The notes below the pieces were generated by a model. The model was not told the origin of the DNA. It made no database searches and worked only from the letters and a program-made list of their open reading frames with translations. Below, piece after piece: positions 12,990-36,530 of a stretch of 64,000 bases of DNA; position 1 is the first letter of the stretch; each line of letters opens with the position of its first letter. The translations under genes and the position numbers were made by a program. The stretch covers positions 301,444,001-301,508,000 of the forward strand of contig OZ024742.1 in NCBI GenBank assembly GCA_964016885.1, in the 5' to 3' direction. This DNA is from Eledone cirrhosa. Lineage: Eukaryota.

Positions 12990-14662
12990 CATGGTGGCTG
13001 CCAACTCGTTTTCGAGTACGGCCACTACTTTATATCCATGTAGGAGAACCCCTACCGATGCGCTGAACGAGTGTGACTTTTTAGTCCAGCCAGCGACTTG
13101 AAAACTCTGGTACAAACACTACACTTGTGACAATTATTGACACATACATACATACATACATACATACATACATGCATACATGGTGGTGGCTACCAACTCG
13201 TTTTCGAGTATGGCCATTACCTTATATCCATGTAGGAGAACCCCTACCGATGCGCTGAACGAGTGTGACTTTTTAGTCCAGCCAGCGACTTGAAAACTCT
13301 GGTACAAACACTACACTTGTGACAATTATTGACACATACATACATACATACATACATACATACATGCATACATGGTGGTGGCTACCAACTCGTTTTCGAG
13401 TATGGCCACTACCTTATATCCATGTAGGAGAACCCCTACCGATGCGCTGAACGAGTGTGACTTTTTAGTCCAGCCAGCGACTTGAAAACTCTGGTACAAA
13501 CACTACACTTGTGACAATTATTGACACATAGTGCTGGGCCCATGGTACCATGTGACGACAAGTGGAGAGAGATCTCCAGATATAAAGCAATGCTTGTGCC
13601 GTGAAGCTTTTATAGTGAGCAAAGATACTGCACAAAGCCAGTCCCACTCTCTTAACCAATATGATATTTACCAAAAAGAAGAACAAGTCAACATCATTGG
13701 ATACCATCAGGGTTGCAGGTGTTATATCAGAGTTTTCCTTCTCCTAGAATTCTGCCTTGACAAAGGCTAAAGGGTCATCTCTCCTGGTGATTTTGGATGG
13801 CCATTGACTCTTAAGAGCTCCTTTGCCCTTTGACAGGTTTTGTTTTAAGTCCTGCAGGATGTCCAAAGTCACCCTCCTCACCAAGAAACCTTGGTGGGGT
13901 TGCCAGTTTAGTCGCCAACAACCCGACCATGAGACAGGGTGTACTAGGATACATGTTACCAGTAACACCAACTGGTGACCTGACATACATATATATATAT
14001 ATACATACATATATATGATATATATATATACACATATACATACATACATACATATACACACATATACATACATGGTGGCTGCCAACTCGTTTTCGAGTAC
14101 GGCCACTACTTTATATCCATGTAGGAGAACTCCTATGCGCTGAACGAGTGTGACTGTTTAGTCCAGCCAGCGACTTGAAAACTCTGGTACAAACACTACA
14201 CCTGTGACAATTATTGACACATAGTGCTGGGCCCGTGGTACCATGTGACGACAAGTGCAGAGAGATCTCCAGATATAAAGCAATGCCTGTGCTGTGAAGC
14301 TTTTATAGTGAGCAAAAGCACTGCACAAAGCCAGTCCCACTCTCTTAACCAAGATGATATTTACCAAAAAGAAGAACAAGTCAACATCATTGGATACCAT
14401 CAGGGTTGAAGGTGTTATATCAGAGTTTTCCTTCTCCTAGAATTCTGCCTTGACAAAGGCTAAGGGGTCATCTCTCCTGGTGATTTTGGATGGCCATTGA
14501 CTCTTAAGAGCTCCTTTGCCCTTTGACAGGTTTTGTTTTTAGTCCTGCAGGATGTCCAAAGTCACCCTCCTCACCAAGAAACCTTGGTGGGGTTGCCAGT
14601 TTAGTCGCCAATGACCCGACCATGAGACAGGTTGTACTGGGATACATGTTACCAGTAGCACC
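12990..14662 (-). repeat. Tandem array of a (TATG)n-tailed non-coding retroelement-like unit (two ~600-bp and two ~155-bp copies)
   Basis: catggtggctgccaactcgttttcgag starts at ~12990, 13178, 13371, 14071; long copies 13371-13980 and 14071-14662; (CATA)n spacers. Confidence 0.8.
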
Positions 14663-14744
14663 ACATACATACATACATACATACACACATACATACATAT
14701 ACATAGATATATATACATACATACATATACATACATATATATAC

Positions 14745-14809
<65 letters not shown>

Positions 14810-14922
14810 CATACATACATATACATAGATATATATACATACATATATATATATATATATATACATACATACATATACATACATACATATATACATATAT
14901 ATACATACATACATATATATAC

Positions 14923-14957
<35 letters not shown>

Positions 14958-15624
14958 CATACATACATACATACATATACATACATACATATACACACAT
15001 ACACATATACATACATACATATATATACGTGTGGGTCACTTTAACGGCCATAACTCATACGAGCTGGTAGTTGGCATTATATTTGCGGACCGTGGGACGT
15101 ATGTCCTATAGGATGGAAATAGCTAACTGATGAAATCTACTTTCCGTTGGAAATTCTCTGAATTTCCAATCTTTTGTAGATGGACATACATACATACATA
15201 CATATGACCGTCAGCTTTATAAGTATAGATATGTGTGTGTGTATGTGTATGCGTATGTGTGTTTGTGTATGTGTGTATGTGCATGTGTGTGGCTGTGTGT
15301 TTTGTTTTGATCTTATCCGGCAATTCGTGAAATCGGGTGTGAAAGTATGTGTATTTGTGTGTGTGTGTGTGTGCGTGTGTTACTTATGCGAGCGATGACA
15401 GATGAAAGATATACCACGGAAATGAACGTTATTTTTCAATCACCGCTACATTTGATCATACACATTGTTTATTTCAAAATTATTCTAATGCCGATACTTG
15501 ATTTAACGTCATTGGAAATTCGGTCACTTCTCTCTCTCTCCTCTCTTCCTCCTCTCTCTCCTCTCTCCTCTCTCTCTCTCTCTCTCTCTCCTCCTCTCTC
15601 TCTCTCTCTCTCATCTCTTCTCTC

Positions 15625-15679
<55 letters not shown>

Positions 15680-15865
15680 ATGCGTATATATTGAAGGGAG
15701 ATACAGAAAGAGTGACAGAGAGAGTAAAGCAGTTAAATTATAGAGAGGGAAATGATCTATTATAGAGAGAGGGAAGAGCGACGGAGAGAGTAAAGCTAAG
15801 AAACTATAGGGAGGTGTGTAGGATACATACATAATACATACACACGACGCTCAGCTTTATAATAT

Positions 15866-15935
<70 letters not shown>

Positions 15936-16031
15936 CTTAGGTTAGTAGGAGTTAGGTATTATATACCCGTGTCCCGTTAAGGTATTGGCAGCATAATAAT
16001 TAGCTCTATGCTTTGGAGCAGAGCCGTATAT

Positions 16032-17266
16032 ATGAAAAAGAACACAAGAGCGTCTACAACATCAAAAGATTTTTATTGGTTAACAATGTTTCTTCCTTAC
16101 GTGTAACCGTAGGATTCATCAGAGCTATAAAAGGGGTTTGATTGGTGTTATGGACTCTACCAACCAAACACCCAAGAACAAAGAGTAAAGAGAGTAAAGA
16201 GCAAAAGTAGGGGACGATAAGTCTAATTTTGGTGCGGGAGGGTGGGGTGTTGGTCCTTGTTTACTAGCTGCGGTCATATTCATTCCCGGGGGTCGGGTGG
16301 TTAGCTGAACCATAGATGGGGTTGGCGTGGATAGTATGGTGCAGAGGGTGAGCAAAAATTGACTTCTATCTGCATTGGAATTTACAAACTTGTGCATCTG
16401 CTGTGGTGTCAAAAACAAACGCACATGACCGCACAGATAAACAATGGACCATGCCACGTGGCTTGAACCCGTAAGTGAATTGAAGGTTCTGCAACTCTGA
16501 TACACATATTGTTTATTATTTATTATTAAGATGTATAAACCGGACACAACTGTTATCATCCTATATTCTCTCAACGAATCACACTTGATCATATTTCTCT
16601 ATCTTGTTTTCTCCCCCCATAATTATTATATTTTTATTATTTTTATTATTGTTTGAAAAAAATCGTTTTTTTTACATTGTGTTTTCCCCTCCAATTATTC
16701 GCTTATATTTCCTTATATATTCTCTATATATTTTTTATCTTTATTATTATTTCCACTTTTATCCTCCTTTATATTTTACCTTATTCTTACCTTTATACCT
16801 TATTATAGTGTAATCTTCCCCGTGCCTTATTATACACTATTAATTATAGATTATTATTATTACTCTTTTTCCATTTCTAATTACCTCATGTACCTTCTCC
16901 TCCGCTATATGTATATATGTATTCTACGCCCTTTGTGTTTGTGTAGCCTCTGCACACCCTCTGCACCATACTATCCACGTCACCCCATCTATGGTTCAGC
17001 TAACCACCCGACCCCCCGGGAATGAATATGACCGCAGCTAGTAAACAAGGACCAACACCCACCCCCCCGCACCAAAATTAGACTTATCGTCCCCTACTTT
17101 TGCTCTTTACTCTCTTTACTCTTTGTTCTTGGGTGTTTGGTTGGTAGAGTCCATAACACCAATCAAACCCCTTTTATAGCTCTGATGAATCCTACAGTTA
17201 CACGTAAGGAAGAAATATTGTTAGCCAATAAAAATCTTTTGATGTTGTAGACGCTCTTGTGTTCTT

Positions 17267-17270
<4 letters not shown>
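16032..17270. mobile_element. Family D non-coding element with ~315-bp inverted termini (16032-16350 and 16960-17270)
   Basis: Termini align in reverse complement; hammerhead-like motifs at 16071-16132 (-) and 17172-17233 (+); (TA)n flanks. Confidence 0.8.
17172..17233 (+). ncRNA. Type I hammerhead-like motif (family D; further copies 16071-16132 -, 18836-18897 -, 20121-20182 +)
   Basis: TTTTAT-A-GCT pairs with AGC-CA-ATAAAA; CTGATGA at 17182; stem II TCCTAC/GTA(A)GGA opened by an A-A mismatch; GAAA; GTT triplet. Confidence 0.55.
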
Positions 17271-17348
<78 letters not shown>

Positions 17349-17400
17349 ATATATATACTATATATATTATATATATATATATATACAACCAACATAAACT

Positions 17401-17491
<91 letters not shown>

Positions 17492-17508
17492 GTATATATA
17501 TATATACG

Positions 17509-17569
<61 letters not shown>

Positions 17570-17572
<3 letters not shown>

Positions 17573-17748
17573 ACTCGCTTTACGCGTTTTAATTGTCCTA
17601 ATAACTTAATTTAGTTATTATAGCACCAACGTGAGGTATATGATTTTTAATGCAATGAAATATCTATGATCGTTGGCAAATCACTGATGAAGGACTCATT
17701 TTATAACATGTTATCCATGTGCAACCTGCAGTATTCTTCTCCCCATTT

Positions 17749-17804
<56 letters not shown>

Positions 17805-18522
17805 AAATGGGGAGAAGAATACTGCAGGTTGCACATGGATAACATGTTATAAAATGAGTCCTTCATCAGTGATTTGCCAACGATCATAGATATTTCATTG
17901 CATTAAAAATCATATACCTCACGTTGGTGCAATAATAACTAAATTAAGTTATTAGGACAATTAAAACGCGTAAAGCGAGTGAGACAAGTAAAGAACAAAG
18001 AGAAAAGCTAATCGTAGATAGGAAGAGGCACAAGCTACATAGTTATTCTGTCAGCATAAGCTGGGTGAATATATGAGCGCGTAAAAAATAGACCTTTCGA
18101 GATGAATTCAATGTAAGAAAGAAGGAAATTGTTTTTTGTCGCGACGAACGGGGTGAAGTGAGAAGGGGAGAAACAGTGAGTGAGTGAGTGGAAGTGTGAG
18201 GAAGAGGTCAGTAGAGAGAAAGTGCTAACTGACATGACAGAGGGGGCGAAAGAAAGTAAGAGAAACAGAGAGAACGAGGGAGCAGTAGAGAGAGAGAGAG
18301 AGAGAAAAACAGAATCGCAGTTTAGGTAAATATATGTGAAAAAATGGGGAGAAGAATACTGCAGGTTGCACATGGATAACATATTATAAAATGAGTCCCT
18401 CATCAGTGATTTGCCAACGATCATAGATATTACATTGCATTAAAAATCATATACCTCACGTTGGTGCTATAATAAACTAAATTAAGTTATTAGGACAATT
18501 AAAACGCGTAAAGCGAGTGAGA
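17570..18522. repeat. Family E unit: 185-bp terminus (17570-17755) followed by an inverted full copy (17800-18522)
   Basis: tctcactcgctttacgcgttttaattgtcc unit; the full element has ~185-bp direct terminal repeats; forward copy at 20446-21165. Confidence 0.8.
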
Positions 18523-18565
18523 TATATATATATATATGTATATATATACGTATATATATATATAC

Positions 18566-18672
<107 letters not shown>

Positions 18673-18744
18673 GAGTTTATGTTGGTTGTATATATAATAT
18701 ATATAATATATATAAATATATATATAATAAATTATATAATATAT

Positions 18745-18796
<52 letters not shown>

Positions 18797-18801
<5 letters not shown>

Positions 18802-20219
18802 AAGAACACAAGAGCGTCTACAACATCAAAAGGATTTTTATTGGCTAACAATATTTCTTCCTTACGTGTAACCGTAGGATTCATCAGAGCTATTAAAGGG
18901 TTTGATTGGTGTTAGGACTCTACCAACCAAACACCCAAGAACAAAGAGTAAAGAGAGTAAAGAGCAAAAGTAGGGACGATAAGTCTAATTTTGGTGCGGG
19001 AGGGTGGGGTGTTGGTCCTTGTTTACTAGCTGCGGTCATATTCATTCCCGGGGGTCGGGTGGTTAGCTGAACCATAGATGGGGTGACGTGGATAGTATGG
19101 GTGCAGAGGGTGTGCAGAGGCTACACAAACACAAAGGGCGTAGAATACATATATACATATAGCGGAGGAGAAGGTACATGAGGTAATTAGAAATGGAAAA
19201 AGAGTAATAATAATAATCTATAATTAATTGTTTCTACTTTGGGCACAAGGCCAGCAATTACCCAGAGCATTACTGGTACTTTATTTTATCGACCCCGTAA
19301 GGATGAAAGGCAAAGTTAACCTCGGCGGGATTTGAACTCAGAATGGCAAGGGCCGTACTCTATACGTCAAAGCATGGCATCCGACCCTCTAACCGATAGT
19401 GCCGAACCCAATAAATTAATAGTGTATAATAAGGCACGGGGAAGATTACACTATAATAAGGTATAAAGGTAAGAATAAGGTAAAATATAAAGGAGGATAA
19501 AAGTGGAAATAATAATAAAGATAAAAAATATATAGAGAATATATAAGGAAATATAAGCGAATAATTGGAGGGGAAAACACAATGTAAAAAAACGATTTTT
19601 TTCAAACAATAAAATAATAAAAATATAATAATTATGGGGGGAGAAAACAGGATAGAGAAATATGATCAAGTGTGATTCGTTGAGAGAATATAGGATGATA
19701 ACAGTTGTGTCCGGTTTATACATCTTAATAATAAATAATAAACAATATGTGTATCAGAGTTGCAGAACCTTCAATTCACTTACGGGTTCAAGCCACGTGG
19801 CATGGTCCATTGTTTATATGTGCGGTCATGTGCGTTTGTTTTTGACACCACAGCAGATGCACAAGTTTGTAAATTCCAATGCAGATAGAAGTCAATTTTT
19901 GCTCACCCTCTGCACCATACTATCCACGCCACCCCATCTATGGTTCAGCTAACCACCCGACCCCCGGGAATGAATATGACCGCAGCTAGTAAACAAGGAC
20001 CAACACCCCACCCTCCCGCACCAAAATTAGACTTATCGTCCCCTACTTTTGCTCTTTACTCTCTTTACTCTTTGTTCTTGGGTGTTTGGTTGGTAGAGTC
20101 CATAACACCAATCAAACCCCTTTTATAGCTCTGATGAATCCTACGGTTACACGTAAGGAAGAAACATTGTTAACCAATAAAAATCTTTTGATGTTGTAGA
20201 CGCTCTTGTGTTCTTTTTC

Positions 20220-20220
<1 letters not shown>
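18797..20220. mobile_element. Second family D copy, reverse complement of 16032-17270, interrupted by a SINE
   Basis: Colinear in reverse complement apart from SNPs and the 19229-19413 insertion. Confidence 0.85.
19229..19413 (-). mobile_element. SINE S1 with 7-bp target-site duplication
   Basis: aattaat at 19222-19228 and 19414-19420; empty site visible in the other D copy near 16838. Confidence 0.85.
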
Positions 20221-20290
<70 letters not shown>

Positions 20291-20347
20291 TATATATATA
20301 TATATTATATATATTATATATATATATATATACAACCAACATAAACT

Positions 20348-20401
<54 letters not shown>

Positions 20402-20445
20402 GTATATATATATATACGTATATATATACATATATATATATATAT

Positions 20446-21158
20446 CTCACTCGCTTTACGCGTTTTAATTGTCCTAATAACTTAATTTAGTTATTATAGC
20501 ACCAACGTGAGGTATATGATTTTTAATGCAATGAAATATCTATGATCGTTGGCAAATCACTGATGAGGGACTCATTTTATAACATGTTATCCATGTGCAA
20601 TCTGCAGTATTATCCCCCCCCCCCATGTTTTCACATATATTTACCTAAACTGCGATTCTGTTTTTCTCTCTCTCTCTCTTACTGCTCCCTCGTTCTCTCT
20701 GTTTCTCTTACTTTCTTTCGCCCCCTCTGTCATGTCAGTTAACACTTTCTCTCTACTGACCTCTTCCTCACACTTCCACTCACTCACTCAGTGTTTCTCC
20801 CCTTCTCACTTCACCCCGTTCGCGACGAAAACAATTTCATTCTTTCTTACATTGAATTCATCTCGAAAGGTCTATTTTTTACGCGCTCATATATTCACCC
20901 AGCTTATGCTGACAGAATAACTATGTAGCTTGTGCCTCTTCCTATCTACGATTAGCTTTTCTCTTTGTTCTTTACTTGTCTCACTCGCTTTACGCGTTTT
21001 AATTGTCCTAATAACTTAATTTAGTTATTATTGCACCAACGTGAGGTATATGATTTTTAATGCAATGAAATATCTATGATCGTTGGCAAATCACTGATGA
21101 GGGACTCATTTTATAACATGTTATCCATGTGCAACCTGCAGTATTCTTCTCCCCATTT

Positions 21159-21165
<7 letters not shown>
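20446..21165 (+). repeat. Family E element with direct terminal repeats (~20446-20610 and 20979-21165)
   Basis: Reverse complement of 17800-18522; flanked by (TA)n. Confidence 0.8.
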
Positions 21166-21231
<66 letters not shown>

Positions 21232-21384
21232 TATGTGTTCCTACGCGGTAAAGGCACATATAGTAAGTACAGTGAATTTTTTAAAATTTATTTAAAAACT
21301 TTTTCTCTATTTGCTAAACGTTGATTTTATATATATATATATATATCCATGCTAGCGTGGAAGGTGGACGTTAAACGATGATGA

Positions 21385-21459
<75 letters not shown>

Positions 21460-22131
21460 AAGTTCGGACTGATCTGGTGAATAGGTTTGAATTTTGAAAT
21501 TTAAACTTGTCTAGGCACCAGGGCAATTAAATTGTACTGTAATGCTCAGAAATATTTCTTAGAGCTTAATAATTGTATTTGACTCCTGAGTGAAAACTCT
21601 AAATTATAATATGTCTGCTCCTTCGGTAGAGCTGAATTCGTAATCCCATATTTACGGCTGTTATTTCTAGCGCCATGGATATGAACCAGAGTGCTGGGAA
21701 AAGTCGTGTGCAAAAGCACATGTATTTGGCATCCGACAGACCAATTCTAAGATATTTATCCTAGGTGAAGTAATTCTAATTTATCTGGGTGCCTATTGAG
21801 AATCACAGAAAATTGATTATTTCACTAATAATTATTTCATAAATAGTTATTCCATAATTAATTAATTATTTCATTAGTATACCATCCTTTGTGAAACAGG
21901 TTTATTTTTTGAAGTTCGGACTGATCTGCTGAAAAGGTTTGAATTTTGAAATTTAAACTTGTCTAGGCACCAGGGCAGTTGTCATTATACGTCTGTAAGC
22001 ATAGATTTATTATTTTTTAGATCGATACAGGCGGACTATATGTACTTGAATTAAGGTATTTCTATCTGGCTAAATTATTGTCAATTTGCAAAAAAAACAC
22101 ATTAGTGTTGATCATAATTTTATATTAAATT

Positions 22132-22193
<62 letters not shown>

Positions 22194-22297
22194 TATATAT
22201 ATATATATAGTATTAGCAATTGGAAAGACCAACGGAAACATTGTTCCCTCGGTCCGATTTGACGAAAGTCGATCGTTCCTTTATATATATATAATAT

Positions 22298-22328
<31 letters not shown>

Positions 22329-22333
22329 ATATA

Positions 22334-22516
22334 ATTGTTTCTACTTTAGGCACAAGGCCACCAATTACCCAGTGCATTACTGGTACTTTATTTTATCGAC
22401 CCCGTAAGGATGAAAGGCAAAGTCAACCTCGGCGGGATTTGAACTCAGATCGTAAAGGGACGTCACTATGTTGGAAAGCATGGCGTCCGACCCTCTACCG
22501 ATACTGCCAATCCACA
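22334..22516 (-). mobile_element. SINE S1
   Basis: Reverse complement of the 58682 family, including B-box gttcaaatcc. Confidence 0.85.
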
Positions 22517-23366
22517 AATATAATAGGACCAAGTTACAATCCATTACTATAACTAACTAAAAACATTCAATACAAACATTAACTAAAATATAAGTTAACA
22601 TATGTAATGGATGAGAAATCAGTAACTTTCATATTCTACACACATACAAATTTGAACTATACAGAAAATATCATCGATTTACATCCTCCATAATACGCTT
22701 AAAGTGCTTGAATTTTATGTAATACCTTGCCATACAGTACTCATATATGCCTAATACATTTGCTTGTTTCCTTCCCATAACGCATGTACAATCTATACAC
22801 GCTTGAATACTTCTTTCTCAATGCCTCTCTAATTATTAGACTATTCTCTTGTATTATCTGTCGCATGTATTCCACTCTGCTTTTAATTTTAACTTTAATT
22901 TTAATTTTAATTTTAATTATTGTACAATTCTCGTATAATATATGTTGCATCCATTACACCCTATATATACTAAACTGTTGTTCACAACATCAATATATAT
23001 GTATCTATATGATTCTTCAGTTGAATAGGAGGTTAATTATATGTACAAACATTGATAATGCTCCGATGACTCCAAACTAAAGTTTGGAAGAAACAATTGT
23101 CAGCGATTAAATGATTTGAACATAACTTTGATACTTATGTAATCTATATATATATAATATATATATATATATAAAATCATGGTTTATATATAACCAAGGT
23201 TTATATATATATATAACCAAAGATTAATATGGTTCATTGATTACTCAATGAATATAGTTTTACAATAGATTAAAAGCACTCTACAGTGATATTTTCTGGA
23301 GTTATTAATATTATTCAGAATAATTCTTTCTTTCTTTTTTGCAGTTACGTCTTTCTTCTTCTCTCT

Positions 23367-23428
<62 letters not shown>

Positions 23429-23681
23429 TTTTCTTCCCTAACACGTATATTTACGCATTTAAATATTTATGTATGTATGTATTTATTTATTTTCTTCTTG
23501 CATTTCCTCATACTCACCAGCTCCTTATACCTATATCTCGCTTCACATCCTCTTCTTCATTAAATTTAAGTTTATCATGTTATTATTTGTGGTATATAAA
23601 TGTTGAGATTTGTTGTAATAAATCACTGCCAATACTGGAATTGAACCATCAAGACCGTTGAGGTATGTCATACATCAATTC

Positions 23682-23751
23682 ATGTATTTTATCTGATGAG
23701 GACGTACTGAAAAAACAGCACAGTACCTTCGAAATATATATAATAAAACAT
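23682..23751 (+). ncRNA. Type I hammerhead motif (diverged family C relative)
   Basis: TTTTAT-CTGATGA-GGACGTACTG...CAGTACCTTC-GAAA-TATATATA-ATAAAA; stem II shows compensatory changes relative to 12561-12586. Confidence 0.7.
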
Positions 23752-23820
23752 ATATTTTGATTATGTGAATGTCTTCATTTATTAATATTCTGAATAATAT
23801 ATATATATATATATATATTG

Positions 23821-24147
23821 TTAGAGGTGCCTACTGACTGTAGGTTTCGCTTTGTACTTAGGTAAGGCGGGTCTTCTGTATGACTGTGTAGCGCCAAAGA
23901 TCTCGGTCCAGTGACATTGTCTTGGAGAGGTGTAAGTGTGTGAGGTCGGAATTTATCAAGTCGTCCCAGGTTTTTCTGGGTCTGCTTACTCCGTGGCTAC
24001 CGTCTATTTTTATCGCCCTGCACTTTTTTATACAGCTGTCGTCTTTCATGCGAATCACGTGACCGTACCAACGTAATCTCCTCTCGAGTAAACAACATCT
24101 GATCCCTCTTATTCCTAATTTCTCCCTTAGTTCGTTTTTGCTTTGCC
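23821..24147 (-). mobile_element. RTE ORF C-terminal fragment
   Basis: ORF 23858-24058 (MKDDSCIKKC...RPRKTWDD) matches the end of the 7998-10073 element. Confidence 0.88.
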
Positions 24148-24157
24148 GTATATATAT

Positions 24158-24965
<808 letters not shown>

Positions 24966-25133
24966 GGCACATGGCTTAGTGGTTAGAGCATTGGCCTTGC
25001 AATCAAGCCAAAATCAGTTCCTGTATGTGCAAGGCATGGTCAGCCGACCAGACACTGCCCACAACAGGACAACCCGTCTAACCCATGCTAGCATGGAAGA
25101 ACGGACGTAAAACGGTGATGATGATGATGATGA

Positions 25134-25202
<69 letters not shown>

Positions 25203-25262
25203 GTGAAGGCGCATGGCTTAATGGTTAGAGCATTGGAATCAAAAGGTTGTGAGTTCAACTCC

Positions 25263-28185
<2,923 letters not shown>

Positions 28186-28833
28186 ATATATATACTTTCC
28201 ATGCCCTAACACACCACCCTACATCCTCACCCCAGCCCTCAGTCCACACTGTAAATGGACATTAAATGGTGATGATGATGATGATATATATATATATTTA
28301 TTATCAGAACAAATTAAAGTTTAAGCAAAGAATTGGTGCTTTCACCCGATTCTTTGCTTTCAAGAATCAAATTATCTAACTAGTTGAATGCAAGTTAATT
28401 TGATTAAAATAATCAAATGTTAGTGGTCCAAGGCTTATATGTAATACATATGATGAAACGTGTGTAAGTGTTGCGCAATAAAATTTATTCCCACTCATCT
28501 GGATTTTAATAATATTTTTGTAATATTTTTGTAATTTTCTCTCTCCCTCTCTCTCTATATATATATACATATAAATAAATATATATATATATATACACAT
28601 ACACACACATATATATATACTTCTTTTATTAGACACATAGAAAAATTACTCCAGCATAGAGAAATAGTTCAGATATGTTTTTATTGTTGGTATTTCCGTA
28701 TTTCACATGAAAGAACACTTGGACATTGTTCCCAGTAAGTAACTTGTGTGCAAACAGTGGAAACTAGTTAACTACAAAACTAGTTGTTAGCAGTTGCAAT
28801 TATTTCTAAACATGAATATACATTTATATATAT

Positions 28834-29660
28834 ACTAGCAGTTGAGCCCGGTTGCACCCAGGGCCACTTTTTATTAAGTTAATAATCTGAAAAATATTAT
28901 TGAAAGTTTATTATAAAGAAGCAGTTTCAGGGAAAAAAATAGAAATATGCACTTGGGGCTGGACGGCGTACAATGAGAAGTGGAACGACGTGAAAAGCGT
29001 TGTTTATTAACAGCGAAATAGCAATGTTGATGATATGCAATTTGAAAAATACTTCTTACTGTTAGTGGTGGTTAACATGTATTAGAATTAAAATAAAAAC
29101 AAGCGTCCCTTCTTTGCAATTTAAGGGTTTTATTTCTTTTGATGGAAAACAGTGACCGTACTGCAGAATCGATTTCATAAAACGGTACTGTATGATCGTT
29201 AAATGTAGAAGGATGATAGTTTATTAACAGCGAAATAGCAATGTCGATAATATGAAAGTTTAAAAATGCATATTATGAAGGTTTGTATGATAGTTTACAC
29301 TTTTTTCTGAAACTGCTTCTTTATAATAAACTTTCAATAATATTTTTCAAATTATTGGTACTGTATGTTAACAGCGAAAGAACGTTGATGAGTTTAAAAA
29401 TGTGTATGAGCTTGTAAATAACTCAGCCAAGTATTAGAACAGGGGGAAATAACTCACCGAACGCGATAGTAAATAGACCGTTTGGAGCCCTAGGGACCAC
29501 ATTTTTCAAGTTAGATATTTGAAATCTCGTCTATTTGCTTCCTTGGCACTTTTTACATAGGTGTGTAAATTTTCATGTCCGTCCGACCCCGTCTACTACC
29601 ATTTAACCGTGCACATCTGAATTTCAACCACCACCCATTTCACAAATATATATTAGGTAT
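28834..29660 (+). mobile_element. Non-autonomous Helitron-like element
   Basis: actagcagttgagcccggttgcacccaggg start; internal ttaacagcgaaa repeats; sits in (TA)n. Confidence 0.45.
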
Positions 29661-29671
29661 ATATATATATA

Positions 29672-30062
29672 TCATCATCATCATCATCATTTTACGTCCG
29701 CTTTTCCCTGCTTGCAAGGGTGAGACGGGAACTGATTCTGGCTTTATTTCTACAGCTGGATGCCCTCCCTAACACCAACCTCATTTACAGTGAGTAGTGG
29801 GTGCTTTTTTTTCCGTGGCGCCTACACGTCCACTTTACAGTGTGGGCTGAGTGCTTTTTTGCAGTGGCACCACCACGACCACTTTGCAGTGGAATGATAT
29901 GGACCCCAGTTCCTATCATCTCATTTCTACAGCTGAGTAAACTGGAGCAATGTGAAATAAAGTGTCTTGCTCAAGGAAACAACACATCACCCGGTCTGAG
30001 AATTGGACTCACAACCTTTTGATTGTAAGGCCAATGCTCTAACCACTAAGCCATGTGCCTCC
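29672..30062 (-). mobile_element. SINE S2 with RTE-like tail
   Basis: Reverse complement of the 27884 family with a (CAT)n tail. Confidence 0.8.
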
Positions 30063-30134
30063 ATATATATATATATATCTATATATGGCAAGTAAGTATG
30101 TTTTGAAACAGTGAGCGAGTTTGAAATTAGAAAA

Positions 30135-30330
30135 TATATAGCTTTCACCGTATTTTTGACTAAAGGAATTTTAGCCTGATAACGGGGTTTAGAACCCTCA
30201 GATAAATGGAAAAAGATGAGTATCGACGAACATGTACGTCAATACTCATCTTTTTCCATTTATCTGAGGGTTATAAACCCCGTTATCAGGCTAAAATTCC
30301 TTTAGTCAAAAATACGGTGAAAGCTATATA
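30135..30330. repeat. Near-perfect palindrome, ~94-bp arms, 8-nt spacer
   Basis: tatatagctttcaccg...atcgacg aacatgta cgtcaat...cggtgaaagctatata. Confidence 0.9.
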
Positions 30331-30332
30331 TA

Positions 30333-35451
<5,119 letters not shown>

Positions 35452-36253
35452 ATATATATGCTGGCATTCAAATGTTTTTCATAAACATAAACAGAAATCT
35501 ATAAGATTCTAGTTTACTTTACCCTCAACAAAAGCAGGGAGTTATGTAGCCCTGATAACCGCTAATAAGTGAGAAATTATGGCATTGTCGATTACTTCAC
35601 TCTGTTTTTGCTGTGGCTAGGTGTGTGACAATAGTCACAACCACCAAAAAGTGGTAGCTGACCTTCAAAATATTTTTCATAAACATCCGGTATATTATTC
35701 AATATACAATAATGTTAATTTATATGTATACTGCTATGTAGGAGCACCAACACATTATGATGATGGTAGTGATGTGATGATGATGATGGTGATGATGACA
35801 CTTTGTGTGGAGAGCTCCCCTCATGTATTTTCACCTCTACCATTTGTTTACCAACATAACCTGTGTATAACTCCTACCTCTTTCCTGTTATATTTGGCCA
35901 TATTCAAACACTAGTCAACTGCTGAGTCAATACGCTTGGCTGAGGAGGTCAAATATGACCAAAAAATATTCACTTCTTTCACCAAATTGACTTATAGACA
36001 AAGTATACTCCCACTGCATTGTCCCACATTGATGGAACATTCATTGTTGATACTGACGGAGGCCTATTCCAGCCAAAATACAACTTAAAATATATTACCA
36101 AAAATACCAGAATTAAAAAAGAAATCTCTTATCAATATGAAATCACAAATTTACAAGCTATAGCACATACTCCAAATGGATTGGCAGAATCATTAGAGCA
36201 TTAGACAAAATATATACTGGCATTTCGTTATGGTGCTTTAGGTCAACTTTGTG

Positions 36254-36530
36254 GGGAGGCGCATAGCCTAGTGGTAAGGGTGTTGGACTTACGATCATAA
36301 TGTCATGGGTTTGATTCCTGGGCTGGGTTGTGTGTTGTATTCTTGAGAAAAACAATTCATTTCACATTACTCCGGTATACTCAGCTGAAAATGAGTGCCA
36401 GCCATAGCTGGGGGGTTTAACCTACCAATGGACTTGTGTCCTGCCCAGGGCAAGTCTTGTACTCTCAGTCACTTCACGCCATGAAACCGGGATAAGCACT
36501 GGCCTAACAAGCCTTCTTGCTTAAGACAGA
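36254..36530 (+). mobile_element. tRNA-derived SINE, diverged
   Basis: ggaggcgcatagcctagtggtaagggtgttggac head, gtttgattcc B-box, cttgagaaaaaca core. Confidence 0.65.

Noticed and set aside
12990-13530. CRISPR-like repeat-spacer array
   Set aside because: Repeats are ~155 bp, spacers are microsatellite, and there are no cas genes in this eukaryotic context
13900-13980. Possible HDV-like ribozyme at the 5' end of the (TATG)-tailed unit (CCAGT...CTAA-ACTGG on the minus strand)
   Set aside because: P3, L3 and P1 could not be formed; a simple hairpin explains the pairing
17655-17700. Family E GAAA...CTGATGA read as a type II hammerhead
   Set aside because: Stem I (TGAT/ATCA) forms, but stems II and III do not pair
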